DNA of 63,960 bases from Paramecium tetraurelia (lineage: Eukaryota), in the NCBI GenBank assembly GCA_000165425.1, contig CT868285.1, positions 434,001-497,960 on the forward strand. The letters run 5' to 3'. The notes under the pieces were generated by a model. That model worked only from the letters and a program-made list of their open reading frames with translations, made no database searches and was not told where the DNA came from. Numbering within the stretch: the stretch's first letter is position 1; each line of letters opens with the position of its first letter. Positions 51,200 to 63,960 of this stretch are shown here, piece after piece. Both the position numbers and the translations under genes were made by a program.

Positions 51200-53211
51200 A
51201 TGCAACAAATAGAAGAACTTATATGTCCTGAATGTTAAATGATGTTTAATGAAAGTGACAATCTACCATTGATGCTTCCAGATTGTGGACATACAATCTG
51301 CTAAAATTGTATTTAGCAAATGCTAATCAATAAAAAATACATTGTCTGTCCAGAAGATGGGTAAAATTGTTATCTATTCTAGTATCATGGCTAAAAATAA
51401 GAATGATATCTCATAATTTCCAAAAAACTGTTAATTATTAAAAATGGTGGTCAAGCATAAAACTTAATACTAGTAAAGTAGATAATCAGCAAGAAATGAC
51501 GATAGTGATATAGGTTATCAACTCTAATTGAACAACTTAATTTCAAATGATATTCCAAATGATTTATGCTAGGAACATCTAGAAAAATTGGAAATAGTAT
51601 GTCTCACAGATCAACTCAGAATTTGTACAAGATGCGCATTATTTGGATAGCATCGACATCACGAAGTCCGTTCTGTTGATGATGTAGTAAAAGAGATCAC
51701 ACAAAAGGCTGAAAATATCATGCAGATATATTAAAAGATACTCCAAAAACAGAGTGAAATGACTGAGTTAAAATATTTTGAACCCTTGCAAGAAAGATTC
51801 TCAAGTGTCCTTACAGAGAGTCATAATACTGTTAAAGAGAAATTTAAAGAACTGCATTAATTATTAGATATCAAGGAACAGAGACTTATTGAATAATTAA
51901 CAACATTGACATAATCACTAGAACAACAAACAAAAAAATAAATTAAAGAATTGTTGCAAAGCTCCCTCTCTCAAGCAGAATTGTGGAAGATTACAGCCAA
52001 GGATAGATTAGTCTATTTCTCAACCAAAACAGAAAATGGAGAATTACCTTTAGATTTGTTAAATAACTAAGATTATGCTTGTGTAGATAAGGGTAAAGGA
52101 ATATATGAGGAATTGGAGAAGATCTAAAAATAGTTGGATCTCAAACTATAGAATATCAAAATAAAGAAGTTGAGAGTTGATCTCAAAAAGACAGAAATCG
52201 ATAAGAGTTTTGATAATCTTTTCACTATTACATTATAATTGAGTAATGTCAATAATACTAGCAATATGACTAAGAGTAGTTAAATCTTAAAAACTATAAA
52301 TACTTTGACAGATTCAACATTGTTGTAAGACATTAAGAGAAATGAGAGTTTTAGCAAATTATGTGGTTAAGATGTCTTTTCAAGTTTTTGTCAAGATGAA
52401 CCAATGTTACTTAAAGATATATCCATGGCAGATTGGAGTGAGAGTCTTATGGAGGAAACAACCAATATTACTTAAGTGAAAAGTCCAAATAGAAGTAGTC
52501 TAGATTAAGAGGAATTTGTAAAAAATAAAGGTGGATCTGGATTGAAAGAACTCAAAGAAATTTAACCTGTTATTAGTTCTTAGACCATCTAATCAACTAC
52601 TCCTACCAAACCTGAGAGAATTTAGATTAGAGCTTTGGAGAAACTCAAAGGATCCTTTTAATAGCCAAGTCCTGGCAGAAGAGATTTAGAATAGGTTAAT
52701 TCCATCAGATAAGGTGTTAGTCCTAATACTAAAATTGTAGATTGCAAGAAGAAGAAAATGTTTAAGATCAACGAAAAATTTGAAAATGTTTGGCAAGCAT
52801 TTAAGAGTGATAATCTAGAAATTGCTGATTTCTCAAGTGCAGGTATTTCAATAGATATGTATTAAATTAGAATTGGGAGATGATGGATTATAGTTTATTG
52901 GTGACATTCTGAAAACATCAAAGAGAGTTAAGCAACTTAAATTAGTAAGGAATAAAATAACTGATGAGGGAGCATGTAAACTGTTAGATTGTCTTGTATA
53001 CAATACAAATTAAGCCTTTTAAAGTCTACATTTATCATCCAATATGATAACTGAAAGGACTCTAGATTATTTCATATCTCTAGTTAGAAATTCCCCCCAA
53101 GGTTGTTCGTTGCCCAAATCTTTATACTTGAACCAAACTCTAATAAATGCAACCAAAGCCAAAAAGAAAATTGAAGATTTAAAGCGTGTTGGATATTTAG
53201 TGAATATTTGA
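51200..53211 (+). CDS. RING finger, B-box, coiled coil and C-terminal LRR protein (TRIM-like E3 ligase)
   Basis: RING CPEC..PLMLPDCGHTICQNC..CPED; B-box CQEHLEKLEIVCLTDQLRICTRCALFGQHRHH; RNI-like LRRs (LKLVRNKITDEG, LHLSSNMIT). Confidence 0.92.
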
Positions 53212-53226
53212 TAATAAAAATTAATA

Positions 53227-53628
53227 ATGGATAATTAAAAGAAATGCTTGTATGAAAAATTTGGAGGAGACTAATAAGTATCAGAACTTATTGATCAATT
53301 CTATTACAAAGTACTCTTCGATAAACTTCTTCGTGATAAATTTTTGAAGGCAGACATGAGTAGAGTAAGGTATCAATAAAAGCGATTTTTCTCTTAAATG
53401 ATGGGTGATAAAAATACTTAGTACACTGGCAGGTATTATCAATAAGTTAATATCAATAGAGATTTAATTGAAGTCCACAAAAATCTGAACATCTCAAATT
53501 AATAATTTGATAAATTTAAGACTCACTTGAAAAATATTGCCCAAGACATGGAAGTGCCAATTTAAGATATTGATGAATTACTTTAACATGTTGAAAATCA
53601 TAGAGATGTAATTGTATTTTAAAAATGA
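53227..53628 (+). CDS. Group I truncated (2/2) hemoglobin
   Basis: LYEKFGG..LIDQFYYKVLFD (B9-B10 FY), YQQKRFF, YTGRDLIEVHKNLNIS (proximal His F8), QFDKFKTHL. One intron. Confidence 0.93.
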
Positions 53629-53885
53629 TAATCATATGTTTATGTATTTGGTTATTCGTATTTCTAATGTACCTGTATATATCCAGATTTAAGAAAATAA
53701 TTTAATTTAATGCTTATTTTAAATAGAATTGGAATAATAATCCATGCAATAATTATCAATGCTGTCTACACAAATATATAATCATATCCAATAAGTACAA
53801 TTCTAATACAATCAAGCTTTCTTATTTAGTTTTGGGAACAAACATCCAAAAGTTTAAGTTGAAGGTTAAAACTTTAATGGCTTTA

Positions 53886-54621
53886 TCAAAAATTATTTAT
53901 TTTAGTTTACTATATAAGGATTATTAATCCTAGTATTAGTACTTAATAATTTGTTATGTTTTTATTGCTGTTTGCGTTTTGGTGAAAACAAACTTATAGG
54001 ACTTTTGAGCTAAATTGAATTCTTTTGATTCTTTAAGGAGGATTGTGTTGCAAAATTTAAAGAATTCAAAGAATTCAAAGAATTGTATGAATAGAGTTCA
54101 GATTATGAAAATGACCCAGTTTCTTTTCTTTTTGATCTTTCTTACCCATCTGTAATCATTTTCAATAATGTATTTTATCTATTGTAAGCTCTTTAAAATC
54201 CATGAATACTTAAAGTCAGCCGAGTGTTATTTGTATTCTCTTTTGGTATACAGATTTACAAATCCTTAAATGAAGATTTCTTATAAAAAGTATTTGTTCT
54301 AGCTAATAATATATATTTATTTTAAATACATTCAGAGTTTGTAGTTATAAATCCAGGTGGGGCATATTCTTCTTCTTTTAATATTTCTATTTTCTTGAGT
54401 GGAATATTCATTGTTTAGAACTAAAATAGGCTTTGTTACCCACATTAACCACAATGACAACTTTTTCTTCTAGTAGTTTTTTCCGTGTCTAACTGCTTTA
54501 TCTAAATAGTATTCTAGCTGTGAATAAATTTGTTCAGCCTTGTTTTCTCATTAAGTATTAATAAGTAATTTTCTAAAGGTAATAGTGCATTCAAGTTTGA
54601 AGAGTAAAGAGATTAATTCAT
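53886..54621 (-). CDS. Hypothetical protein with SCHCGQCG motif (frame break near 54545)
   Basis: Frame ENKAEQIYSQLEYYLDKAVRHGKNYQKKSCHCGQCGQQSLFQFQTMNIP runs to TGA at 53886-53888. The ATG at 54621 is one base out of frame. Confidence 0.6.
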
Positions 54622-54805
54622 AAAAAATCAATTATTAAATATATCAAATCACAATGATGATTATGTGTTAATTTGGCTTACACAATAATAATACCATTTT
54701 AATTGTAAACTAATAGTATTTGAAATTTCACATTTGTCTTAAAATCAATAGCTATTGTAATTCAAACATAATCAGTATACATATACAAAACATTAAATTA
54801 AATAA

Positions 54806-56158
54806 ATGAAATTTTAAGAATTCATTTCCAACAAGTAAATAACAGAACTATAAGAATAGTTAGAATAAGCTCGCAGCAAAATTCTAAAATTAGAAGCCTA
54901 ATAATAGCATGAAGGACAAGTTGATGATATTTACATTCTAAGAGACAGATTAATTAAAGTACAAAATGAAAACTTTAAACTAAAGAATACTCTAAAATAT
55001 ATTGAATAGAATCAATAATACAACAAATTGGATGCCTTCTATGATTATTTCAACATCCCAAATGTATAAAATATGGATATCAAATTGTAAATGATTGTAG
55101 ATAAATTTATTAATTTAAGACAGGAAATTGAATCAAAGAATTAAACCTTGCTTGAATACTCTTAGATTTAAATTTAAAATAAAGAATTATTTACAAAAGT
55201 TACAGTGCTCGAATAATAATTAAAATTGAAAGAAAGTTAGATAGAAAAAACAGAGAAATAAATTATAAAACTATCAAAACTAATAGAATAGCTTTAAGTA
55301 TAAGCAACAGAATCCTTTTGGGATTTAAGAATAAAATGTGATAAACTAAAATCATTAATCTCCGATGGATGGGAATGTGATTAAAAAACTACTTAAAATG
55401 ATGATCATCCCCAAAAGGTAGCAGCCATCATATCAGAATAACATGCCCTATTGAGTAAAAGATTTTCATAGCCAATTAGTGATCATCATGCATATTTCAA
55501 ATTATAGGAGCAAACTCTTTATATTGTCAAGTAAATTTCGTGTACATCACAACCTATTTAATAAATTAAAAAGTAAATAGAGGCATTGGATGAATTTTGG
55601 CTCATGTTTATTTTAGTTAAAAATTATCCAATTATAATACTAAATGACAACAATATAAATATCAACAACTCAGAATTATTCAAAAAAGTATAATTTATGA
55701 AGTAATTACTAAATTCAGAATCCCCAATTTATTTCAATTAAGAAGTTGCATATGAGATGAACATAGATTTCTAGAACCTTCGATTTGAAATTGCATAATT
55801 TGCTTAATAATCATTTGGCTGGTTCTTTGAACAATCTAATGATTTGGTTATAGTTAGTGAGTACAATAAAAGAATTAAATTGAGTGGAACCAGTAAAGTC
55901 AAATAAGCTAGAGAATGCACACTCTTGCATTATATAACAGATTACTATTAAATTACTTAGGATAACAGAGTAATGATATGTATTCAAAGTAATTCTAAAG
56001 ATGCCCCCAAAGTGTCCAAACAGCAAGTGAATACCGGAGTAGTTGCTAAGATAAAAAATAAAGACAATTATAATAAAGTTTGTTAAATTATTAATTCTTA
56101 AATCACACAGGATACAGCAATTTAGTATGATGAAAATTACGTATATGTTTATTTATGA
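54806..56158 (+). CDS. Hypothetical coiled-coil protein
   Basis: MKFQEFISNKQITELQEQLEQARSKILKLE..., an open code-6 frame ending YVYVYL*. Confidence 0.7.
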
Positions 56159-56177
56159 GATATGAATAATATTTTCA

Positions 56178-57595
56178 TCACTTCCTTCTTTTCTATCCAT
56201 ATTAAGTAAGGAAAAAGAAGAAGAATACAATTAGTATTGCAATAGGTCCAGACCAATACATACTATTGTTAAATCTCATTCCCTTATCCCAATCTAATAA
56301 TCCCATAGTCATTGCGATTTGGTTCATGGTGAATGTACAATAAGTAAATGCTATTATACTTCTTAAAGGTGCTGGAATCCTATATAGATATTAAGGAGAA
56401 TAGATTACCACTAAAATTTATCTCTACTTCTATAAACATACTTGCAATTCTGATTAATCAAGGCCCACCAAAAGAAGGTTTAATAGTATCCTAGATAGAA
56501 ACCATGCCATAATGCACTTATTCCGTAAGTCATGTAATATGCTGTGGTAACATCAAATAGGGTGGAAAATTTATCAAAGAAACAATATTTGAGCCATATT
56601 TACACAGTTGTATTCCACTTGGTAGTTTTATGAATTGCACTCACATCTTTTTCATAAGAATAATCACAAGTGATGAATTTATCAAATTATTCTATATAAA
56701 ATTTCTATATTTATTACATGTATCTTCATTGTAAGTAATACCAGCAGCATCCATTGCAGCCTAAGTGAATTTGAATCCAGCAAAATATCTCATTCTTGCA
56801 ACTAAGCCAATAATTGCTTACAAAAGATTTTTTTCAATAAGATTCAGTTCATTCCATTATGGTGAATCATACCAATCATAATCTACATATGGTCTAATCC
56901 ATATTTCTCCAGCACAAAATAGTAATGCCTTGATTAAGTTAGTAATAACTGATTTATATTAATTAAATTTAATATTAGAATATTCTTCTTTCTAATTTAA
57001 AAAATTTAAATAATTATGGTATGGTACAGGTCCAATCATAATGCTAAAAAATGAAAATATGTATGAATAATATGTCCAAAATCCAGTGTCGTAAGCTTTA
57101 CCATACTATAAATCAACAGCATAGTAAATTAATCTACATGTTATCGTCATCTGAATTACTGAGAAATCAATCTTCCAAGACAAGTAATCAAACTAAAGAT
57201 ATTTCTATAACTTACCCATTGTCTGAACAGATGGACATATGATAGAGCTACGAAAGCTGTTATAGAAATCGGTATTACAACGTTCTTGGTTGGAATGGTT
57301 GATATAAAGTACACCAAGATGGTAGTTATATTTATATATACAAACCACTCCCTCCCTAAGAACAAAGTGAAGAAAACTCCCCAAAAAATGTTGTATATTA
57401 GTCTTATTCTTTGTTATTTGATCTTACTAAATATTATGGCGATTGGAATACAAAATAACTATTAATGAAATCGATATTTACAAAATATGAAACAAGTCGA
57501 ACTTTGTCCTCCGAGATGTTCAAAACTTTGATGCTGTTCATTATCCATTGGTCAAACTAATCGAATGGCTTCAAAAGGAAATCAAATGATAACAT
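56178..57595 (-). CDS. MBOAT-family lysophospholipid acyltransferase (LPCAT/Ale1-like)
   Basis: Hydrophobic multi-TM protein; RMRYFAGFKF, KWNTTVQIWLKY and ISALWHGFYLGYY (catalytic His). Confidence 0.92.
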
Positions 57596-57654
57596 ATTTT
57601 TTAATTAAGAGAATAAAAATATTCTTAAACTTTTCTATAGTTATATATTAATTA

Positions 57655-58260
57655 TCATTTATATGGTTATAAATTCTTAAATCCTGAAGCCAAACCTATC
57701 ACTCCACAAGCCAATCTAGCACCACTATTTCCAGTTGTTTTTGAATCTTTTTAATTTCCTCGTCCTAAATCATCTTATCCTGCATGCACAACCACGGATC
57801 TTCCCAAAATACTTAATGATAAAAATACTCTTTACCTGTACTCTCCATATAATTAAATCTAGTTATCCTCGTAGGCCAAATATCCATTTCCTCTTTCATC
57901 TGTTTTGATATTTCCCAAATCTCCCACATGTCTTTTTTCATCCAATGGACCTCCATGCTCTTATTCAAAAGGATTGAAATGAGGCCCTGCTGTTGCACAT
58001 CCATTACTTAAATCTCCAAATTCATGAATATGAACTCCATGAAGACTATTGGGCTTCAATCCTCTTACTACTGCAGCAATCTTTGTTTTTGCATTGATAT
58101 GTTCCTAGGAGAAAGAAACAACACCATTCACACCAGAATTTGAATCTGGAAATAGGATGCACAAAGCATGTCTTGATGCATTAAAGTTTTCTGTTAAGGA
58201 ATTAACCTTGCCTTGACTAATTAAAAGAAAACCAGAAATAATTCCAAAGGATTTTAACAT
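57655..58260 (-). CDS. Cu/Zn superoxide dismutase with N-terminal extension
   Basis: [52 protein letters not shown] and [14 protein letters not shown]. Confidence 0.97.
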
Positions 58261-58569
58261 TTGTATTAATTTAATTATAATAACACAAAATAAAAATTTA
58301 TTTTTATCATTACCTCCCTTTTTCAAATACTAACAAATCGATATTTTTGGATTAGATAGTCAAATATTGTAAATATGCAATTTGAGTATTTATTATAAAT
58401 TGTGATAATTAGAATATCTTTGATATTTCTAATTTTGAATTCTAACTATAATGTAATCCTTAAAGTTATTTATGTTTAATGAAAACACTTAATTAGAATT
58501 GAATAAACCTCACATACATTGCTAAGAAAGTACTACTATAAATTCTATCTACATTATTATAATATATAG

Positions 58570-61500
58570 TCATTTTAATTATTCTTCTTCCTTTAGTCTA
58601 AAGTATTGAACTACATTGGTCAAATTGAATAGGTTCTTTAACTGTTTTTATTGTTAAGCCTATTTAATGACTTACAAAAATGTCATTCCAGTGGCTTTCT
58701 TGTTTTATGAAACCTTATTATTTAATTCAATCAATTACCACTGTAATTTAAGGTGGAACTACAATAACTTTTAATTATTCCTCAAGGAACTTCTCTTCTT
58801 GTTAGGGTGTCAGTTTTTCTACTTCCTCTTCCTCATCAGGGTTTGGTTATTTTATAACTTATCCGTATTATTTCTACATGCACTTATCGAAATCCGAAAG
58901 ATCTTCTGAATCTTTAAAAAATGTCTTGATGCCCTCTCCTAATCTCACATAGATTAGGTAGATGAGAGCATCTAATTTCTTGAATAAGGGTTGTTGTCTT
59001 CTATCATCAATACTTAATGAATCTTATGTTCTGATTAAAGATAGCTTCTCAGCACATCTGGCCAGTGCCTCTAAAAATTCATAGAATTCCATCTGAATAT
59101 GTTTAAGCAAGTACAGTTCATCCACTGAAGTTTACATGGATAATAAGAATACTAAATATGCATCGCGTTCAACAAAGATATCACAATATAAATCACATTT
59201 ATTAATCAAATCTCTAAAGTCTTTAAATTGAAGCCATAAATGTTTGTAATATTTTTATTTAGGATTTAATTTAGATGTATATTTGAATAACATCTTTAAC
59301 ATAGGTAATCTATCCTCTAAATATATTGAATAATAAAATTACTTAAAACAGTATCACATTATTCATTCCAATACCGCATATCTCTCCAATCCTAGCTTCG
59401 ATCTATCTCTAGCAATTTTAATCTGACTCCATCTTCATCAAATAGTTTTCTCAAACACTCTTTGACTGATTTACATATTTATGTTCTTAAATATTTATCC
59501 ACAGCAATTCTAAGCAATAACTCCATCAATTAAAATCTAACTAATGCTTTCTCATTTACATTTGGATAATTGGTATCTTTTACATTCGAAGTGGAAATGA
59601 AATTCAAATCGACATCCCCAGTTCTGTATTTATCTGATATTACACTAGTCGAATTAATCAAATCAAAAAATGCATTTGATGAAATGCAAGGAATTGTAGC
59701 TCCAATAAGTGTGGATGCATAGAACTTATAAGATGCAAAAATGTATGGATAATATTCTCTCATTATTTCTTTCACTTCGTTATACTCTAAAGGATCCTTA
59801 ATAATTTTGTTGATTTTTGAACTTCCATAATCATATTCAAAGCATTCATCTATAACTTCTTCATTATCTGGTTGATAATTTTTGAATATTGAAAGTTCAT
59901 AACTCCAAAATTATTTTTCTCTTTTTGTCAGAAATTTTGTTAAATCGAAAGTCTTTTCCTCTTCTCTTGGTTTACTAAAGATTTTTGCGAAATATCTATC
60001 CATTATTGATTACTTATCTTCGGTGTACATTTCATTTACAAAACCCATTCGGTTACCTTCAATTAAAATGTTTCCATTATATAAAAATGATTATTTAGTT
60101 TGATATAATGGATCATCTGAGGGAGTTTAAGTGATCATTTAATTTTTGGCTGTTGTTTGAATTCCTAAGACAGGATTACTATAGAAATAGGTAACCTTAT
60201 AATTTGGAGGACACATTCGATAAGCAGAATATTCTCCATTATGCAATGTCATTAGAATAGGTTTGTAACTCTCAAAGTTTAGATGTACAAAAATAGGATC
60301 ATTGTTCATTCCTCCTGACTTTCCAGGAGTCCAAGTAAATTTCACTTCTTACCAACCATCACATATCCAACAAGAATCTAATTCGCTATCCTTTTCGTAG
60401 TTTTACTTGATTGGTTTCATACCTTAAATTCTTCTAAATTTGAAGTTTCTGTGCAATTCAGCATCACTCTTTAAATTGCTTAACTTTTATTGATTGTAAT
60501 TATTATTGTTTCTAGGTTCTTCTATTTCTAAAGATTAAAGTTCATTATCGTCAACTAATTTTAGGGTAGTCTAAGGATTCTTTTTACATTCTTCTATTTT
60601 TCGTTGAATATCAATTTCTTCTTGAATTCTGTCTCTTAAATGACCTGTAGAATCAACCGAATATTTTGGACAATTTCCCTGATAATGAAATCCATAAATA
60701 TTCTAATTTTGATCTAATGCTTTTTTGATTTCAATTGATTATTCTTCATTAAAATTATTATAAGAAATATCAATGTGCATAAGTTCTGGGTACTATTTAA
60801 TAATTACTTTAGCCATCCATTAAGCACATTCTAATGAAGCTGTTCTATTATAAGAAATATCAAAAACTTTCACACTAGAGTTCTTATATAATGCTTTCCA
60901 AATATTGATTCCTCCCACACTATTTATTGAGTTAAAATGCAGATATAATTCAAATAACACCTAAGATTTCTTTAGATAATTCGAAAGTTCAACCGTACAG
61001 TGTTCTGTAAGATTATTCTTTGATAAATTTAAATAGAGCAAATAATCATGATCCTATATTGCTAAACATAATGCATTGCTACCCAAATCACCTATTCTAT
61101 TATTTTCAAGATTCACCTTCTTTATTGCTGACTTTTAAATATATTTTGATAACAATTGACAAGCCTTAGAATCCAATCCATTGTTCATCAAATCTAATTC
61201 TTATAGATGTTAAGGAAAAGACTTTGTTAGTTATTGAATCCTAAATTACATCACATCAAATACTTCAATGAATTAAGTTTATTATGACTCAATTTTAAAT
61301 GAGTCAAAGTTTTACATTGTGATGTCTTTAATGCTTCAGAAAAAACCTTCACTTATTAATTGGTTCTAATTTACCCAGATGCATTTGCAATTTGGATATG
61401 GTTGCACTATTGAACTAACCCTAAACCGCTTTAAAAAATAGATTATTGATGCGAAGTCTTATTTAGTTGCATGTATAAATTTGGTGGTTGTTTGTAGAAT

Positions 61501-62338
61501 TGTGCAAAATCTTCCAGCTTATTTTATGACTTTATGACTTTTCTATAATCCTCCTAACAAACCTTGTTCAAATTTTTGCTATTTTCATAGATTACATCAT
61601 TACTTTGCCAATCTGAACTTTTTTAGATATCTTCCTCTATCCGTATTTGGTTCTTAAAAAATGTCACCCTTGTATTCCAGTTGTTGCAAATATAATTATC
61701 GTTGTTAATCATATTTGTTATTATTGGTATTACGAGATGGATTCGATTTATGATGATGATGTTAATGCTTTTTTATCATATTCATTCTTTGAGGACTATA
61801 ATCTTAATAAGAGAATTATTTCATTGAATTTGCATGCGCGTCTTCATTAAATCTCTCTATTTCTTGAACATCATTTTCCATAAGGTCATCGAATAATTCT
61901 GGCTTATAATTATCTAGCAATTCTCTAATCATCTTTTCTTCCTCCTACTCATTCAGATGGTCGAGGATGCTTTTTTGAGGAGGCGAAGGAGTCACCAAAC
62001 TATTTATAAACTCAAATGTAAAACTGTTGTCTAACAGGAATCTCTGTCACTCTAGTCAGATGGCCTTCTCTTTCCGCACTGAATGGCATTCTTATCTTTT
62101 CAATATCCAAACTACATTAAATCTTTGGAGACACTGATATTCTATTATTACAATTAAAGACTGCTCGTTAAGGTTAACAAGTTGATACTAAAATTATTAA
62201 CAAATTATCAATACTAGTTCTTTTAATTTTTTCTCTAATTGGACTATTTCTTCTGAGCTCCTCTTCCTTTTTATACTGAATTATTCTCTCAATCAACTTT
62301 TCTTTCGTGTTATAGATCCTAAGTTTCTAAAAAAACAT
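58570..62338 (-). CDS. Large RNI-like leucine-rich-repeat protein
   Basis: LRRs (VNLENNRIGDLG, LNLSKNNLT, LHFNSINSVGG, IDISYNNF), then CWICDGWQEVKFTWTPG and a helical C-terminus with FYEFLEALARCAE. Confidence 0.85.
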
Positions 62339-63126
62339 TTTTATTAATATTATAAAATACTTTATAACTTACTGAAAATTTTATGCATAATTGTATAAAA
62401 TAATGAAAGTATTCACTTATCTATGACCTACTTGTATTTTTTATAATTATAAACTTCTTGACTAAATCAAAAGTTGATCAAGATTTATTCAATATACTTG
62501 TGTATTTCTAATATTTATTAAAATAAAAAGAAAAAAATTCAAATTTATTACCGGATTTTATAGCTTGGATGGAATTAAAATTAGTTGTGTTAAATAAAAA
62601 GAATAAATTACTTAATTATGAAGATGTTTCGAAATTAATATAATTTTAAATGAAACTAAAAATTATTTTATGATTAAAATGAAAAAATAAATTTTTGAAT
62701 TATTGGATTAAAGTTTGTTTGTTAATACATTAACTATAAAATTCAGTAATAAATTTTGTTAAATAAAATGACTTGTTATAAACGAAATAAAAATATTAGC
62801 AATTGTGGATATTAAATTAAATTAACATAATATGAGTTTTATTCATGAATATAAATTGAATTAACTTTGGTATAGATTTCAATAAAATGATAATATACAT
62901 AGATATATTTATATTCTAAACCAATTTTATATTAAGGATGTACTTCCAGATTGCTCATTCTTAATAACACCTATTTATCAATAAAAGTATTAACATCAAG
63001 TCTTTTTCAATAATATATTCAAGTAAAAGCAAGATTAAAATAATAATGATTATAATATTTAAATCATATACAATTGTTTATCTTTTCTAATAATTACAAA
63101 ATATTTAATATATTGTGAAATAATTA

Positions 63127-63960
63127 TGATAAATAATAATAAAATTTATAATTCAGTCATGTATTTGCAAGATAATTAGTTGAATCTCATGGATCTGATT
63201 ATTCATTTTATTTAAAGAACTTGAGAATGCAGACAAATTTTAATTGCTATAAAAAACTTTTCTAGATGGCCCAGCAGATGCTAATGAACGTTATATCATC
63301 AGATTTATCCAGATGATGATTCAAAGAAATTTGATGGCTACTTTTTTATTACTATAAAATATATTAATTTTGACATATGTACAATAGAATTTTGATTAAT
63401 ATAATATAAAGAGAATATCATCCAATAATATTTTTTTTAATATTAATTGAAATTGATCAATAAAACATCTGAAATAATTTTGCAGCAAATTTTGCTATTA
63501 ATAATTTTATAAAGAAAATTAAATTAATGTAAAATAAAAGCTAGGCGGAAACAAATTAAAAAGCAATTGAATTAATTCCTGATGGTATCTTTGATCTCTG
63601 CGATGAATTCCCAGTTAACGACAAAGATATTAGTTTTGAGGAATATTTTGAGATGAAAAACTATATTATATCTCCAAATTTGAACTATATTGCGATTTTT
63701 GTGGTCAGAACAGAAATTGTAGTTGGAAGCCACTCAAAGGAAGAATATACCGTATTTATTAAGTCATTGATTAAGAATAATTCGGTGTATTATGGACAAT
63801 ATATTGAAGAGGAATTAACAATCAAAGATTATTTTTTTTCAGATGATTCTAAATATTTAATATTTCGAAAACCTACAAAAGTGCTGTATATTGACATTTT
63901 GGGTTAGTAAAAGACAAAAAAAAAAGATATATCATCATAGCGTTTTCTCTCTAGTGATTC
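63127..63960 (+). CDS. Partial hypothetical protein, beta-propeller/WD40-like (start uncertain; runs off the window)
   Basis: ISPNLNYIAIF and YFFSDDSKYLIF blade-like motifs; the frame is open to the window end. Confidence 0.45.

Noticed and set aside
54059..54085. 9-bp tandem repeat (aaagaattc) x3
   Set aside because: It is a simple coding repeat (NSL x3), not a CRISPR array or mobile element.
53227..58260. Oxidative-stress cluster (hemoglobin plus SOD)
   Set aside because: The two genes are separated by three unrelated genes; there is no sign of functional clustering.
1..63960. The supplied short standard-code ORFs as individual genes
   Set aside because: TAA/TAG encode Gln here. The ORFs are fragments of longer spliced genes or antisense/off-frame artefacts.
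1..63960. Retained IESs, transposons, telomeric repeats or CRISPR arrays
   Set aside because: The frame breaks are single bases, not TA-bounded insertions. No transposase motifs, G4T2/G3T3 tracts or spaced direct repeats were seen.

Overview
AT-rich, gene-dense ciliate macronuclear DNA, almost certainly Paramecium (aurelia group, probably P. tetraurelia). Genes open only under genetic code 6 (TAA/TAG = Gln, TGA the only stop). They carry tiny 20-29 nt GT..AG introns and some intergenic gaps are under 30 bp. The supplied standard-code ORF track is therefore mostly fragments or antisense noise. By hand translation I find about 31 protein genes, one tRNA-Leu(CAA) and two probable pseudogene relics. 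Recognisable products: SETD3/LSMT-type methyltransferase, FHA+BRCT (MDC1-like), stand-alone NPC1 N-terminal-domain membrane protein, MORN/IQ protein, two-TM ciliate-family protein, large furin-repeat multi-TM surface protein (mtA-like), NOG1, EF-hand protein, three-repeat Myb, H-type lectin, aminopeptidase N, RluA pseudouridine synthase, Kelch-EGF receptor, MYCBPAP fused to a degenerate phosphoglycerate kinase, GDPD, MIR protein, slicer-type Piwi, USP, RING-B-box-LRR, truncated hemoglobin, MBOAT, Cu/Zn SOD and a large LRR protein. Most notable: the MYCBPAP/pseudo-PGK fusion, the split NPC1 sterol-binding module, the mtA-like receptor, a possible ENaC/DEG-like channel, and a divergent gene pair whose start codons are 14 bp apart. 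Several conserved genes contain single-base frame breaks, probably assembly errors. All family calls come from motif recognition by eye; no searches were run.
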